From the NCBI GenBank assembly GCA_951406725.2, contig OX597830.1, positions 12,214,001 to 12,278,000 of the forward strand: 64,000 nt of DNA, written 5' to 3'. Source of the DNA: Octopus vulgaris (lineage: Eukaryota). Positions within the stretch are counted from its first letter, which is position 1. Each line of letters starts with the position of its first letter. The notes below the pieces were generated by a model. That model worked only from the letters and a program-made list of their open reading frames with translations, did no database searches and had not been told where the DNA came from. This document shows, in pieces, positions 24,977 to 39,194 of the stretch. Made by a program: the position numbers and the translations under genes.

Positions 24977-27741
24977 CATATATACGACAGGCTTCTTTCA
25001 GTTTCCGCCTACCAAATCCACTCACAAGGCATTGGTCGGCCCGGAGCTATAGCAGAAGACACTTGCCCAAGATGCCACGCAGTGGGACTGAACTCGGAAC
25101 CATGTGGTTGGTTAGCAAGCTACTTACCACACAGCCACTCCTGCGCCTATGTATGTATGACTATTTATAAATATTTGTATCTAGGTTGATACTGCACTAT
25201 GATTAGCAATCTGGAATTCTTACATGGGCTAGAACACCAGAAATTAGATATCAATATGGCCAAATTCTTTGACTAGTGATATTGGTGTTAGGAATTTGCT
25301 CCACGTATTCGTTTACGCCTTTTGATATCATTCTAAGCGCTCCAATGATAATAGGAAATGTTGCTTTGAGATACCACATACTTCAGATTTCTATCTCGAA
25401 GTCGTTATTTTTGCTTAGCTTTTGAAACGCATTCAGAGATGTGTTTTTTGTTCGCTGGGGAGGCAACACCTATCAAAAGATACGTCTTTTCAACATGATT
25501 TTTTAAAACATTTTCTGGTCTGTTGGCTGAGTTTCTCGATCGGTTTGGACATTGAAGTTCCATAGGCATTCTGGACAACTTGTAGTTGTATATGCTCTCA
25601 CCATTCTCTTTTTGAGGAAGGTTGTATGTCCAGCATTTTGACTTGTGTGTGTACTGAACGGTTCCATCAAGTATTTGCAAATACTCTGTTGACACCAGTC
25701 GGATGCATCCAGAGATTAAATGGTCGATTGTCTCAGGATGTTCTTCGTATTTGTCGTACGATGGGCTGTTTTTATGTTTCAGAATATTACACTAGTAATT
25801 TATAGTAGGAAGGTACTTATCCTGAGCAGCAACAATATACCCTTATTATCTGTGTGACACCAGAACATTCCAGCCACTGATGGGTAGGAATTTGGTCTAT
25901 ATCAGGGCTTCTAGTCCTAATCGGGTGTTTGCTAGGCCGTTCAGCATCGTACGTTCGGTCCAACAAGGATGTCCCCTATCCTCCCTTCTGTAATTTCTGG
26001 CCTTTGAGCCAGAAATTTACTGCAGAAATTGGAGGCCTTGAGGGGTGTCCCACGTGATCTAGGGTGCGGGAGGAGAGTAACAGGGTGTGCGGACGACATC
26101 ACCGTCATCGTATCCTCTGACAGACACCCTCATCTAGTAGGTGATGCCATTGGGAGTACGAAGAAGTATCAGAGGCAAAAATAAACCGTGATAAGTCGGT
26201 CAGTTTGCAGCTCGGCACCTGGAGAGGCAAGTCGATGCCACCCAACAACATCGTATGACATTGGACAGATGGCCCCCGGTGAAATTGCTTGGAGTCTGGT
26301 TCGGTCCAAAGCTCCAAATAGAGACAAACCGGGGTGAGGTTACGAGCAGGATGGCCAGTCTCACCCAGAAATGGGCCGAGAGGAAGCTGGCCCTGAAAGG
26401 AAGGGTGTTCTGTTTAGTGCGTTCTATATCTTTATATCCTTATATATAAAAGTGAGGTTGTGTGCTGTCTGTCTCCTACGATTTAGATTCCTAACTACTC
26501 CCACATTTTGCGGTGCAGTTTAACCAAAAGCGGGTATCTTATAGTCGTGATTCATATCAAGCCCTTCTGGGTATTAGCGCGCATCTACGATGAGTCTACG
26601 ATTTTTGGCATATATAAGGGAAGTAACTCTCTAAAAATTTATTATTAAATCTCAGAACGTAAAAATCTACAGTAACACCCCACTTTGTGGTTTGCCATAT
26701 TGAGATGGCTATTATACTTTACATCTCTAAAAATGCTTATATAGTTATTTCCCTTACAAACCCGAGCAACGCCGGGCGATACTGCTAGTATTCTATATAT
26801 ATATAAATAATGGGTCTTTTAGAATATGTCCATTAGCCATGCGATATTGTCAGTTACTAAGTGGCTTTAACTATTTTATACTTAACTATTATTTAAGATA
26901 TTGAAGTTAAATGTAATGTTTTTCCTGTGACTTTTCTTTGCTAAGATTGCAACATTTTTCGGTGACACATTTTTTGCTTACCGTTTTTCCTGCCAACAAC
27001 AGATGAAAAACTGGAAACATTTGATATAAATCATTAATTGCAAATAGTTGTAGCATAAATGGAAACAGACAACTGCAGAGCGAAATGACTAGCGATGAGA
27101 ATGTGACACAATATTCACAGACAGGGAAGAGAGAAAAGAAAGTGCAAAGATGGTAACCCACCTTTCAAAATATGCACAAAAGTTTGTTGCGTTAGTTTAA
27201 TATCTGCAGCTTAAAAACTATTGCAGATCGTATTACAAGGCATTCTTACCATGTTGGTGAAAACTGAAACCGCCGTTGACTGTTTCAGAATCGTTGAGAG
27301 CCCTGTCTGTTAAAGTAAGGAGCCAGTAAATTGAATCGCAATCTCAAAAAATAGAATACGAACACAGATTACGGAGTAAACTGAAGTGGTAAATAATATT
27401 AATGGAGCACATTAAGATAATTTGCCTTTTTCTCTTTGCACAAAGGCTTAAATATGGATGTATGTATCTATATTTTTTATGAATATATGAGTATTTATGC
27501 ATGTATATATATATTTTTGTATCCATTTTATGCTCATAGATATATGTGCTTATATATATAGGTCTAAGGAAGATAGGTACTGAACTGTAAGAAATTATAC
27601 ATATATAACTTAGCGGTTCGGCAAAAGAGACCGATAGAATAAGTACTGGGCTTACAAAGAATAAGTCCTGGGGTCGATTTGTTCGGCTAAAGGCGGTGCT
27701 TCAGTATGGCCGCTGTCAAGTGACTGAAACAAGTAAAAGAG

Positions 27742-27775
<34 letters not shown>

Positions 27776-30700
27776 TACATATATATCTATATCTATAGAT
27801 ATATATATATATATAGATATATACCTCGGCGGAGGTAAGGCCTTTTGTATTGATTTCTCCCGTTGCTTCTTTTTCTGTTGTCCTCTTCATCCATCACACT
27901 ATATCGCTCATCATTGCCCGTAACACCGACTGCCAACACCACAGTAATAATAAACACTAGTATTTAAATACAAATTGAGTTTAATATACCTTTGACCATT
28001 TACTATTTGGATTTCCTTTGACACGCCAATATACCACATAGCCAATACCATCAGCACATTGCTCCTCGGGGGGTAATGGCTGCAAAAAAGAAAAAAGAAA
28101 CAAGGATAAATAACAAATGTCAAAGAGAACAAATACCTTTTTGAAGAGATGACATAAATATGAGGTTGCTAAGCAAACGAATGATATTCATGAAACAATA
28201 GGCATATTAATACGCAATAACATTAATAACCTTCATTCACAGACGCACAGATGCGGAGACTGTTTACAGATGTTGGAAGCACTCCGTCGGTTGCGACGAC
28301 GAGGGTTCCGGTTGATCCGAATCAACGGAACAGCCTGCTGCTCGTGAAATTAACGTGTAAGTGGCTGAGCACTCCACAGACACGTCGTGTACCCTTAACG
28401 TAGTTCTCGGGGATATTCAGCGTGACACAGAGAGTGACAAGGCCGGCCCTTTGAAATACAGGTACAACAGAAACAGGAAGTAAGAGTGAGAGAAAGTTGT
28501 GGTGAAAGAGTACAGCAGGGGTCACCACCATCCCCTGCCGGAGCCTCGTGGAGCTTTAGGTGTTTTCGCTCAATAAACACTCACAGAGAGTGACAAAGCC
28601 GGCCCCTTGAAATACAGGTACAACAGAAACAGGAAATAAGAGTGAGAGAAAGTTGTGGTGAAAGAGTACAGCAGGGATCACCACCATCCCTGCCGGAGCC
28701 TCGTGGAGCTTTAGGTGTTTTCGCTCAATAAACACTCACAGAGTGACAAGGCCAGCCCTTTGAAATACAGGTACAACAGAAACAGGAAGTAAGAGTGAGA
28801 GAAAGTTGTGGTGAAAGAGTACAGCAGGGATCACCACCATCCCTGCCGGAGCCTCGTGGAGCTTTAGGTGTTTTCGCTCAATAAACACTCACAGAGTGAC
28901 AAGGCCAGCCCTTTGAAATACAGGTACAACAGAAACAGGAAATAAGAGTGAGAGAAAGTTGTGGTGAAAGAGTACAGCAGGGATCACCACCATCCCTGCC
29001 GGAGCCTCGTGGAGCTTTAGGTGTTTTCGCTCAATAAACACTCACAGAGTGACAAGGCCAGCCCTTTGAAATACAGGTACAACAGAAACAGGAAGTAAGA
29101 GTGAGAGAAAGTTGTGGTGAAAGAGTACAGCAGGGATCACCACCATCCCTGCCGGAGCCTCGTGGAGCTTTAGGTGTTTTCGCTCAATAAACACTCACAG
29201 AGTGACAAGGCCAGCCCTTTGAAATACAGGTACAACAGAAACAGGAAATAAGAGTGAGAGAAAGTTGTGGTGAAAGAGTACAGCAGGGATCACCACCATC
29301 CCTGCCGGAGCCTCGTGGAGCTTTAGGTGTTTTCGCTCAATAAACACTCACAGAGTGACAAGGCCAGCCCTTTGAAATACAGGTACAACAGAAACAGGAA
29401 GTAAGAGTGAGAGAAAGTTGTGGTGAAAGAGTACAGCAGGGATCACCACCATCCCTGCCGGAGCCTCGTGGAGCTTTAGGTGTTTTCGCTCAATAAACAC
29501 TCACAGAGTGACAAGGCCAGCCCTTTGAAATACAGGTACAACAGAAACAGGAAATAAGAGTGAGAGAAAGTTGTGGTGAAAGAGTACAGCAGGGATCACC
29601 ACCATCCCTGCCGGAGCCTCGTGGAGCTTTAGGTGTTTTCGCTCAATAAACACTCACAGAGTGACAAGGCCAGCCCTTTGAAATACAGGTACAACAGAAA
29701 CAGGAAGTAAGAGTGAGAGAAAGTTGTGGTGAAAGAGTACAGCAGGGATCACCACCATCCCCTGCCGGAGCCTCGTGGAGCTTTAGGTGTTTTCGCTCAA
29801 TAAACACTCACAGAGTGACAAGGCCAGCCCTTTGAAATACAGGTACAACAGAAACAGGAAGTAAGAGTGAGAGAAAGTTGTGGTGAAAGAGTACAGCAGG
29901 GATCACCACCATCCCTGCCGGAGCCTCGTGGAGCTTTAGGTGTTTTCGCTCAATAAACACTCACAGAGTGACAAGGCCAGCCCTTTGAAATACAGGTACA
30001 ACAGAAACAGGAAATAAGAGTGAGAGAAAGTTGTGGTGAAAGAGTACAGCAGGGATCACCACCATCCCTGCCGGAGCCTCGTGGAGCTTTAGGTGTTTTC
30101 GCTCAATAAACACTCACAGAGTGACAAGGCCAGCCCTTTGAAATACAGGTACAACAGAAACAGGAAGTAAGAGTGAGAGAAAGTTGTGGTGAAAGAGTAC
30201 AGCAGGGATCACCACCATCCCTGCCGGAGCCTCGTGGAGCTTTAGGTGTTTTCGCTCAATAAACACTCACAGAGTGACAAGGCCAGCCCTTTGAAATACA
30301 GGTACAACAGAAACAGGAAGTAAGAGTGAGAGAAAGTTGTGGTGAAAGAGTACAGCAGGGATCACCACCATCCCTGCCGGAGCCTCGTGGAGCTTTAGGT
30401 GTTTTCGCTCAATAAACACTCACAGAGTGACAAGGCCAGCCCTTTGAAATACAGGTACAACAGAAACAGGAAGTAAGAGTGAGAGAAAGTTGTGGTGAAA
30501 GAGTACAGCAGGGATCACCACCATCCCTGCCGGAGCCTCGTGGAGCTTTAGGTGTTTTCGCTCAATAAACACTCACAGAGTGACAAGGCCAGCCCTTTGA
30601 AATACAGGTACAACAGAAACAGGAAGAAAGAGTGAGAGAAAGTTGTGGTGAAAGAGTACAGCAGGGATCACCACCATCCCCTGCCGGAGCCTCGTGGAGC

Positions 30701-31023
30701 TTTAGGTGTTTTCGCTCAATAATCACTCACAACGCCCGGTCTGGGAATCGAAACCGCGATCCTACGTCCGCGAGTCCGCTGCCCTAACCACTGGGCCATT
30801 GCGCCTCCGCACAGACGTACATATATAACTGTAGAGTGGGTAAATAATTTATATGTATACACACACTATATAGGCGCAAGCATGGCTAAATAATTAAAGA
30901 GTTGGCTTCGCAACCTCTTGGTTACAGGTTCGATTTTAAAGCGTTCTATCTTGAGCAAGTATCTTCAGGTATCGCATTTAGATTGACGAATACTTCTTGA
31001 GTGGAACTTCAGAAATAGTAACA

Positions 31024-31055
<32 letters not shown>

Positions 31056-32287
31056 CTGTCTGTCTGTACAATTCGAAGGGGGATGTTCCTTGTGTCGTAT
31101 GTCTTGTACTCAATTTTTTCGTTGTTTAAGAAAAATGGCCATTTCCTTGGTTTTGTTTTTATGTTTTCGTTTCTCACTGTGTTCGACGTTTTTTTTTTGT
31201 GTTCTGTACCCATATATGCATGTATATATATATATATATAGACTAGCAGTATCGCCCGGCGTTGCTCAGGTTTGTAAGGGAAATAACTATAAAGCATTTT
31301 TAGAGAGTTATAGCCAAAAAACAGCAAAAAAATGGAAAAAAATGATGGTAAATTTTTTTTGATAGTTAAAAAAGGTGGAGTTGCGTCCCCTACACAGTTT
31401 GTGGTTTGTGTTCCTGATTCTCGACCCCATGTCGAATTTATCGATTTTTTTCAGAACTGGGGGAACTTTTCAAAATTTTCGCTACGTTAGTTTTGAATTA
31501 TGACATTGGGCAATGTGTGTGTCAAGTTTCATCAGAATCGGTTGAAAGCCGTGGTCAGGGTGAGGGTACAAGCAAACAGACACACAGAAACACGCACAGA
31601 CAAACTGCCGTTTATATAGAGAGAGATGTAGGTACGTACATACATGTATGTATATATGCATATGTTTTATTTATTATTTTGTTATTATATATATATATAT
31701 ATATATATACAAGGACGGGTCATTCGAAGTTTTCTTTACTCAGTCTTATTCTTCTATCCCTCTGCCTCTACCTCTCTCCTCTCTCTCTCCACGTGACCGG
31801 TGTTCGGCCAAGCTTGACCTTTCTTGGTTCGACTACCATCCGTGCAACATCTCTATTCCTCCACATGCCTGTCATCATTTATGTCCTTGCCGTAAGACTT
31901 AACTTCCACATAGCCAGCTTAATTTAATTCGTCTTTAGTCGAAAGATACCTGTTATTAATGTCCTGATATTTTCATTTGTATTTGTGTACCATTTTCCCG
32001 TTTTTTTCCCGTCCTTGTTTTCGTATACGTTCGCTGCTTTCTTCCAAGGAATCTAGTGCTCTTGGCTTAGTTTTTCCTTGGGGCTGGCCAGACTGGAGCA
32101 ATTTCGAGTATAACCAGCCGAAATTGCAAAGATAATCTGGAACTCGGCTGAGGAAAGAAAACTCAGAATGACCCATCCTTGTATTTTCTTGTCCCTTTTT
32201 TGTATCAACTAACTGTCTGGATGCTTTGCCTTCTTGTCCCATATTTTGTATTCCATTTTATATACATATGGTAGCGTACGTACACAA

Positions 32288-32347
<60 letters not shown>

Positions 32348-35300
32348 TTATGTATGTGTTTTTGTGTCTGTGTTTTTTACCCACTACCGATTGACAACTG
32401 GTGTTGGTGTGCTTACGTCTCCATAACTTAGCGGTTCTGCAAAAGAAACCGTCAGAAAAAGCATCAGGCTTTAAAGAATAAGTTCTGGTGTCAATTTGTG
32501 TGACTAAAACCCTTCAAGGCGATGCCCCAGCATGGCCGCAGACATATGACTGAAACAAGTAAAAGATAAAAGATATATATACACAGTGCGTAAGGTAAAT
32601 ACATACCTTTTTTGGGTCATTGCTACATTTTTTGCTAACACTGTATAATCTTCATTTCAGAAAATAACATGTATATTAAAACTCACACATACACACTCAC
32701 ACGCATGTACACACGCACATGCACAAGCACATACCCCCACCCCACCTCCACACCCACTCACATACATGCATGCATATACGTACATTCATATTAATATATA
32801 TATATATACACTTCACTTGTCACTAATTATGACTGAAGGTGCATTCTAACACCTACATTACTAGAAATAAGAGTCAAAAGCCCTTATAGCCACAAACATA
32901 GCATAAGTCTATGTACTGAGAGGGGAGTTAACCACTCCCCTGTTAGTACATATACAGCGAACGAGGGTACTATGTCAATTTCGCTTGAAAGTAAAGCTCA
33001 TCAGACGCACTACTCCATCGCTTGTTGATGATCCTCCTGTCAGTATATCGATATTACCATAAGAATCAAGGGAGAATTCAGCAAAATGGTATTGTCTTCT
33101 TTTTGGTTTTATATTGCGTCTAGTCATATTTCACTTTACTTTCTATTCCAAGAAATGCCGATCCGCTAAACAGCATTTGAAATGCTCCAAACTTTTCCTT
33201 AGTTATATATTCTTCGTTTCTTCTCCACGGGTCATAACTGGGAAAATTAAGCTTTTATTAACCACTAGCAGTATCGCCCGGCGTTGCTCGGGTTTGTAAG
33301 GGAAATAACTATATAAGCATTTTTAGAGAGTTTATAGCCAAAAAATAGCCAAAAAATGCATTAAAAATGGAAAAAAAATTATGGTAAATTTTTTTTTAAA
33401 TCGTTGACTCATCGTAGACATTTTTAGAGAATTACTTCCCTTATATAATAGCGGAAAAATGCATTAAAATGGAAAAAATTGATGGTAATTTTTTTTTTAA
33501 TCGTAGACTCATGCTAATACCCAGAAGGGCTCGATATGAATCACGACTATAAGATACCCGCTTTTGGTTAAACTGCACCGCAAAATGTGGGAGTAGTTAG
33601 GAATCTAAATCGTAGGAGACAGACACACAACTTCTCTTTTATATATAAAGATTTCTTCCTTTCGTTTAAAATAGTTCACTTCTTTTAATCGAGTTAGTTT
33701 TAGTCAATGCTGGTTTAGCCATTTTCCGTTTGATTTCTTTTATGTAGCTATCGACTTTAATAAACTCAAAGACAATTAAATGATTTTACTACTTCCATTA
33801 TTTCATTCTGTATGATAATATTGTTGGTGTTTTTCATTGGCTGTTGATCGACAAAAAGAATTGCTTTGAAGCAAGCATTAGCTTACAATAAAAGAGTCGG
33901 TTGACGTTCTTCTTCTGCAATCAACGCGTAGCCATAGTGATGTTTAAAATTGTGAATTTCTCTTCTGCCAATATTTATACTAATTTAATTTCCTTCAGTT
34001 TTGCTTTTCTTACAAATATTTCCCTAATATGTAGAGATTCGGTATACACACAGGTCAAACACTTGCATTTTCATATCGTTCCCGCTGTATATTGTTTAAT
34101 ACCAGAAGCTGAACATATGTTTAAAATGGCGTAACTCTAAGAAAAGACAGACTGTCAGACCGACAGACACGCGCGTGAGCACGCACACACAATCACACAC
34201 ACACACAATCACACACACACAATCACACACACACACACACAATCACACACACACAATCACACACAATCACACACACACACACAATCACACACATACACAC
34301 ACACAATCACACACAATCACACACACATACAATCACACACATACACACACACAATCACACACACACACACACACAATCACACACACACATACACACACAC
34401 ACACACACAATCATATATACTTCAATACAGAAATAAAAAATATATATCTGAATGTATATTTAACATCAAAATATTCAGCCTGAATAGATTCGTAAATATT
34501 CTACTCTTTTATCTCGAGTAAATAGATTTGCTACATTATCACGAAGAAATATTTTTACTTATAAATACATATATAAATGTTGGCATATTCTCGAAACGCT
34601 TGAGTTCTGGTGGAATTTCGATTACAAGTAGAGAAGTGCCTGTATCCAGCTGTTCTTCGCGTGTTATATGATAACATACCATTCCTACGCTTGCATAGAA
34701 GTAATACGATATAGAAAATGCTTAGTTTGCTCTCCGTCTATATCTCATTACAGATACGAGCGACCTAGATTCATAGAAAAATCTCGAAGATACAAGAATT
34801 GTCTTTTGTGCTTTCTATGTGTGTTTTTTTTTTTTTTCTACCTGTTTCTTTGTAGTGATTTTAATTGTTGTCTGATGACAGAAATTTCAACGATATGGAA
34901 GCAAAAAAAAGTAGAATAGAAGCAAAAGGAAAAGAATGCGAAGTTTACAGATCAAGTTTTGTTTCAGAACCAGGGGTAGATAGATACGAATATCACGAGG
35001 AATACGAAACCCTGCATTTACAACATAATTAATATACGTTAGAATTATTTTTAGAGGATTCATATAAACGCAGAATTACTTTCAGTTGTTCATAAAAGTC
35101 ACTGAAAATTATTTCGCAATAACTTTGAAATTACTTTTAAAAGTAAGGTATACGCACACATACACACCTATGTATGTATGTATGTATGTATGTATGTATG
35201 TATGTATGTATGTATGTATGTATGTATGTATGTATGTATGTGTGTGTATGTGTGTATGTATGTATGTATATACGTATGTATGTATGCGTGTATGTATGTA

Positions 35301-37598
35301 TGTATGTGTGTATGTATGTATGTATGTATGTGTGTGTGTATGCATGTATATATGTACGTACGTATGTATGTATGTGTGTGTGTATGTATGTATGTCTATA
35401 TGTATGTGTGTATGTATGTATGTATGTATGTATGTATGTGTGTGTGTGTATGTATATATATATGTATGTATGTATGTATGCATGTGTGTATGCATGTATG
35501 TATATAAGTATATATATATGTATGTGTGTGTGTGTATGTATGTATGTATGCATGTGTGTGTATGTGTGTATGCATGCATGTATGCATGTATGTATGTATA
35601 TATTGCTATATACCGGGATGGCCATTTTTCTTTGTTTTTGTTGCCAAATAAACATACATCCTACATATTCTTTCTTCACTCGTTTATTCTTATTTTATCG
35701 TATGTTCATCGTCCGGAAATCTTGCGTCACACATCTGTGACCTCTTCAGTGACCCTTTCCGTCCATGTATGTCCTCCTGCTCCTGCAGTTTTGATATTAA
35801 AGTATGGTTTAAAGAGACAAGCTGGTAGAATCATTGACATGCCGGGCAACATACCTAGCGGCATTTCGCCTGTCTTCATGTTCTGAGTTCAAATTTCGTA
35901 GTCGTAGTAGTAGTAGTGGTAATCTTTTCCCTCCCGCAGTTGTTCATTAGTAATCGATATTTTGCCATTAAATAAGGCAGCGATCTGGCAGAGTCGGACA
36001 AAGCGCTTAGCGGTATTTCGCCCGTCTTCACGTTCTGAGTTCAAATGCCACCGAAGTCTTCTTTACCTTTCATCTCTTTCGGGGTCAATAAAATAAGCAT
36101 CAGTTCATCACAAACTTGCTAGCCTTGTGCCAAAATTTGAAACCGATATTTTGCTACGAATGTGGTTTCTTTATTGATGCATTGCTCTTGCAATGTGTCA
36201 TCCGCAAATTCATAAAAGAAGATCGTAAAATTGAGTCGTTCCTTACCACTACACGTATCAATATGTGTACTGAAGCCTATTTGGCTGTACTCTTTACTCT
36301 TTTACTTGTTTCAGTCATTTGACTGTGGCCATGCTGGAGCACCGCCTTTAGTCGAGCAAATCGACCCCAGGACTTATTCTTTGGAAGCCTAGTACTTATT
36401 CTATCGATCTCTTTTGCCGAACCGCGAAGTTACGAGGACGTAAACACACCAGCATCGGTTGTCAAGCGATGGTGGGGGGACAAACACAGACACACAAACA
36501 CACACGCACACACACACATATATATATATATATATACGACGGGCTTCTTTCAGTTTCCGTCTACCAAATCCGCTCACAAGGCTTTGGTCGGATCGAGATT
36601 ATAGTAGAAGACACTTGCCCAAGGTGCCACGCAGTAGGACTGAACCCAGAACCATATGGTTGGTAAGCAAGCTACTTACCACACAGCCACTCTTGCGCCT
36701 CTGGCGTTCGAATTTCTGATCTATTCAGGTATAGTGCTTTCTTCACCTCATGAACATTTTTATTGCATAAATTAGGTTTACGGATTCCCAGGTATTCTTT
36801 TTAATTATTACCTTGAAAAGTTGTCCTTATATATAACGATCCCTTTTTCCTGCTGACAGATTATGCATATATCACCGTTAGAGCGTCTGCAATTTTTTCT
36901 TTTCTTTCTTGCTGCTGGTTCAGTTGATATTAGGCAGAGTTAAGCATTTGATGATATCTCTTTGTTTGTTTAGATATTAATTTTCTTTGTTCGTGGTATT
37001 TCATTATTTGGTGATGGTGTTGGATAAAGTCTGTGAAGGCGTGTATTCTCAAACTCTTAAAGTCGGATGTCACGGATGTTTCCATTGGTTACAATTGCGC
37101 ACATTTTTGGGCAAGATTATTACGAACATTTAGATCGGTGTACCTCGGATGCTATGAATTTTCAGGATAAACTCGTCAAAGTATTTTCTCTTTTGATTAA
37201 CACAAAAACATACACACACAAACATGCAAATAGACGAAGGGCTTCTCTTAGTTTCACTTTACAGAATCCACTCACAAGAAATAACAGGTAAGTTACGGGT
37301 CCGTAAACACACCAGTATCGGTTGCCAAGCGATGTTGGGGGCCCAAACATAGACACACAAACAAATACACACACAAATACATATATATATATATATACTT
37401 TATTTAAAGCAGCAGAAAATTCAACAAAACCTGTTACTCTGAGTTTCCCGTTGCCGTTCATCGGACAGTTTTTGCTAGAATGGAACCGATATGTCAATTC
37501 TATCCAGACTATTACAAACGCTACACCTATAAAAAATGGACTTGTTTGATTGGCCCTTTAGAAATAACGGTCAATCTTCGAGCGATAAACAAAAATGA

Positions 37599-37660
<62 letters not shown>

Positions 37661-38473
37661 TATAAAAATTATAAAATTGGAGGAAAAACCTTACATTGAA
37701 TAAAATATATATTGACCTTAATGAAGGAAATATAATTAATACATGGAAATTGAAATGCATTAAAAATATTACACTGCAGTACATATTCATATTAAAGTAT
37801 ACATATATATCAACATACACAGAAAGGATGCGTGCAAACCCCATACATATACAGACGTATAAATTTTAGCTTTATATTTATACGTCTGTATATGTATGGG
37901 GTTTGCACGCATCCTTTCTGTGTATGTTGATATATATGTATACTTTAATATGAATATGTACTGCAGTGTAATATTTTTAATGCATTTCAATTTCCATGTA
38001 TTAATTATATTTCCTTCATTAAGGTCAATATGTATTTTATTCAATGTAGGTTTTTCCTCAATTTTATAATTTTTATAATTTATATATTTAATTGTTTCCA
38101 TATATTTAATTGTTTTCCATACTTACAGTTGAAAAAGTCTCAATGACCGAAACCGGTACTGAAATGTTTTTTATAAAATTATTTTAGCATTTTCTACCAT
38201 AACTTTTTTCCATATATATATCTCAACTCGTGTGTTCCTTTTCAACCTTCTACAGAGACACGTACATACATACATACATATAAATATGTGTGTGTGCGTA
38301 TGTGTGTGTGTGTGTATACATACATATAGGCGTAGGAGTGACTATGTGGTAAGGAGCTTAACCACATGGTTCCGGGTCCAGTCCTACTGTGTGGCACCTT
38401 AAGCAAGTGTCTTCTATTATAGCCTCGGGCCTTGTGAGTGGATTTGGAAGACGGAAACTGAAAGAAGCCCGTC

Positions 38474-38515
<42 letters not shown>

Positions 38516-38599
38516 AGTAAACACATAAATGTGAAACAAGGTGGAAAATGAGTACTCAAATACCAGTGGTAGAGTAATATGCTTTATTTAAAGCAGCAG

Positions 38600-38642
<43 letters not shown>

Positions 38643-38914
38643 AGCTCATTTTTGTTTATCGTCGAAGATTGACCGTTATTTCTAAAGGGCCAATCAAACA
38701 AGTCCATTTTTTAAAGGTGTAGCGTTTGTAATAGTCTGGATAGAATTGACATATCGGTTCTATTCTAGCAAAAACTGTCCGATGAATGGCAACGGGAAAC
38801 TCAGAGTAACAGGTTTTGTTGAATTTTCTGCTGCTTTAAATAAAGCATATTACTCTACCACTGGTATTTGAGTACTCTTTTTTCCACCTTGTTTCACATT
38901 TATGTGTTTACTCC

Positions 38915-38971
<57 letters not shown>

Positions 38972-39162
38972 GACGGGCTTCTTTCAGTTTCCGTCTTCCA
39001 AATCCACTCACAAGGCCCGAGGCTATAATAGAAGACACTTGCTTAAGGTGCCACACAGTAGGACTGGACCCGGAACCATGTGGTTAAGCTCCTTACCACA
39101 TAGTCACTCCTACGCCTATATGTATGTATACACACACACACACATACGCACACACACATATT

Positions 39163-39194
<32 letters not shown>

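Noticed and set aside
34865-34895. CTGATGA-ca-GAAA hammerhead-like core
   Set aside because: Stem II is absent and stem III cannot form properly; too degenerate to call.
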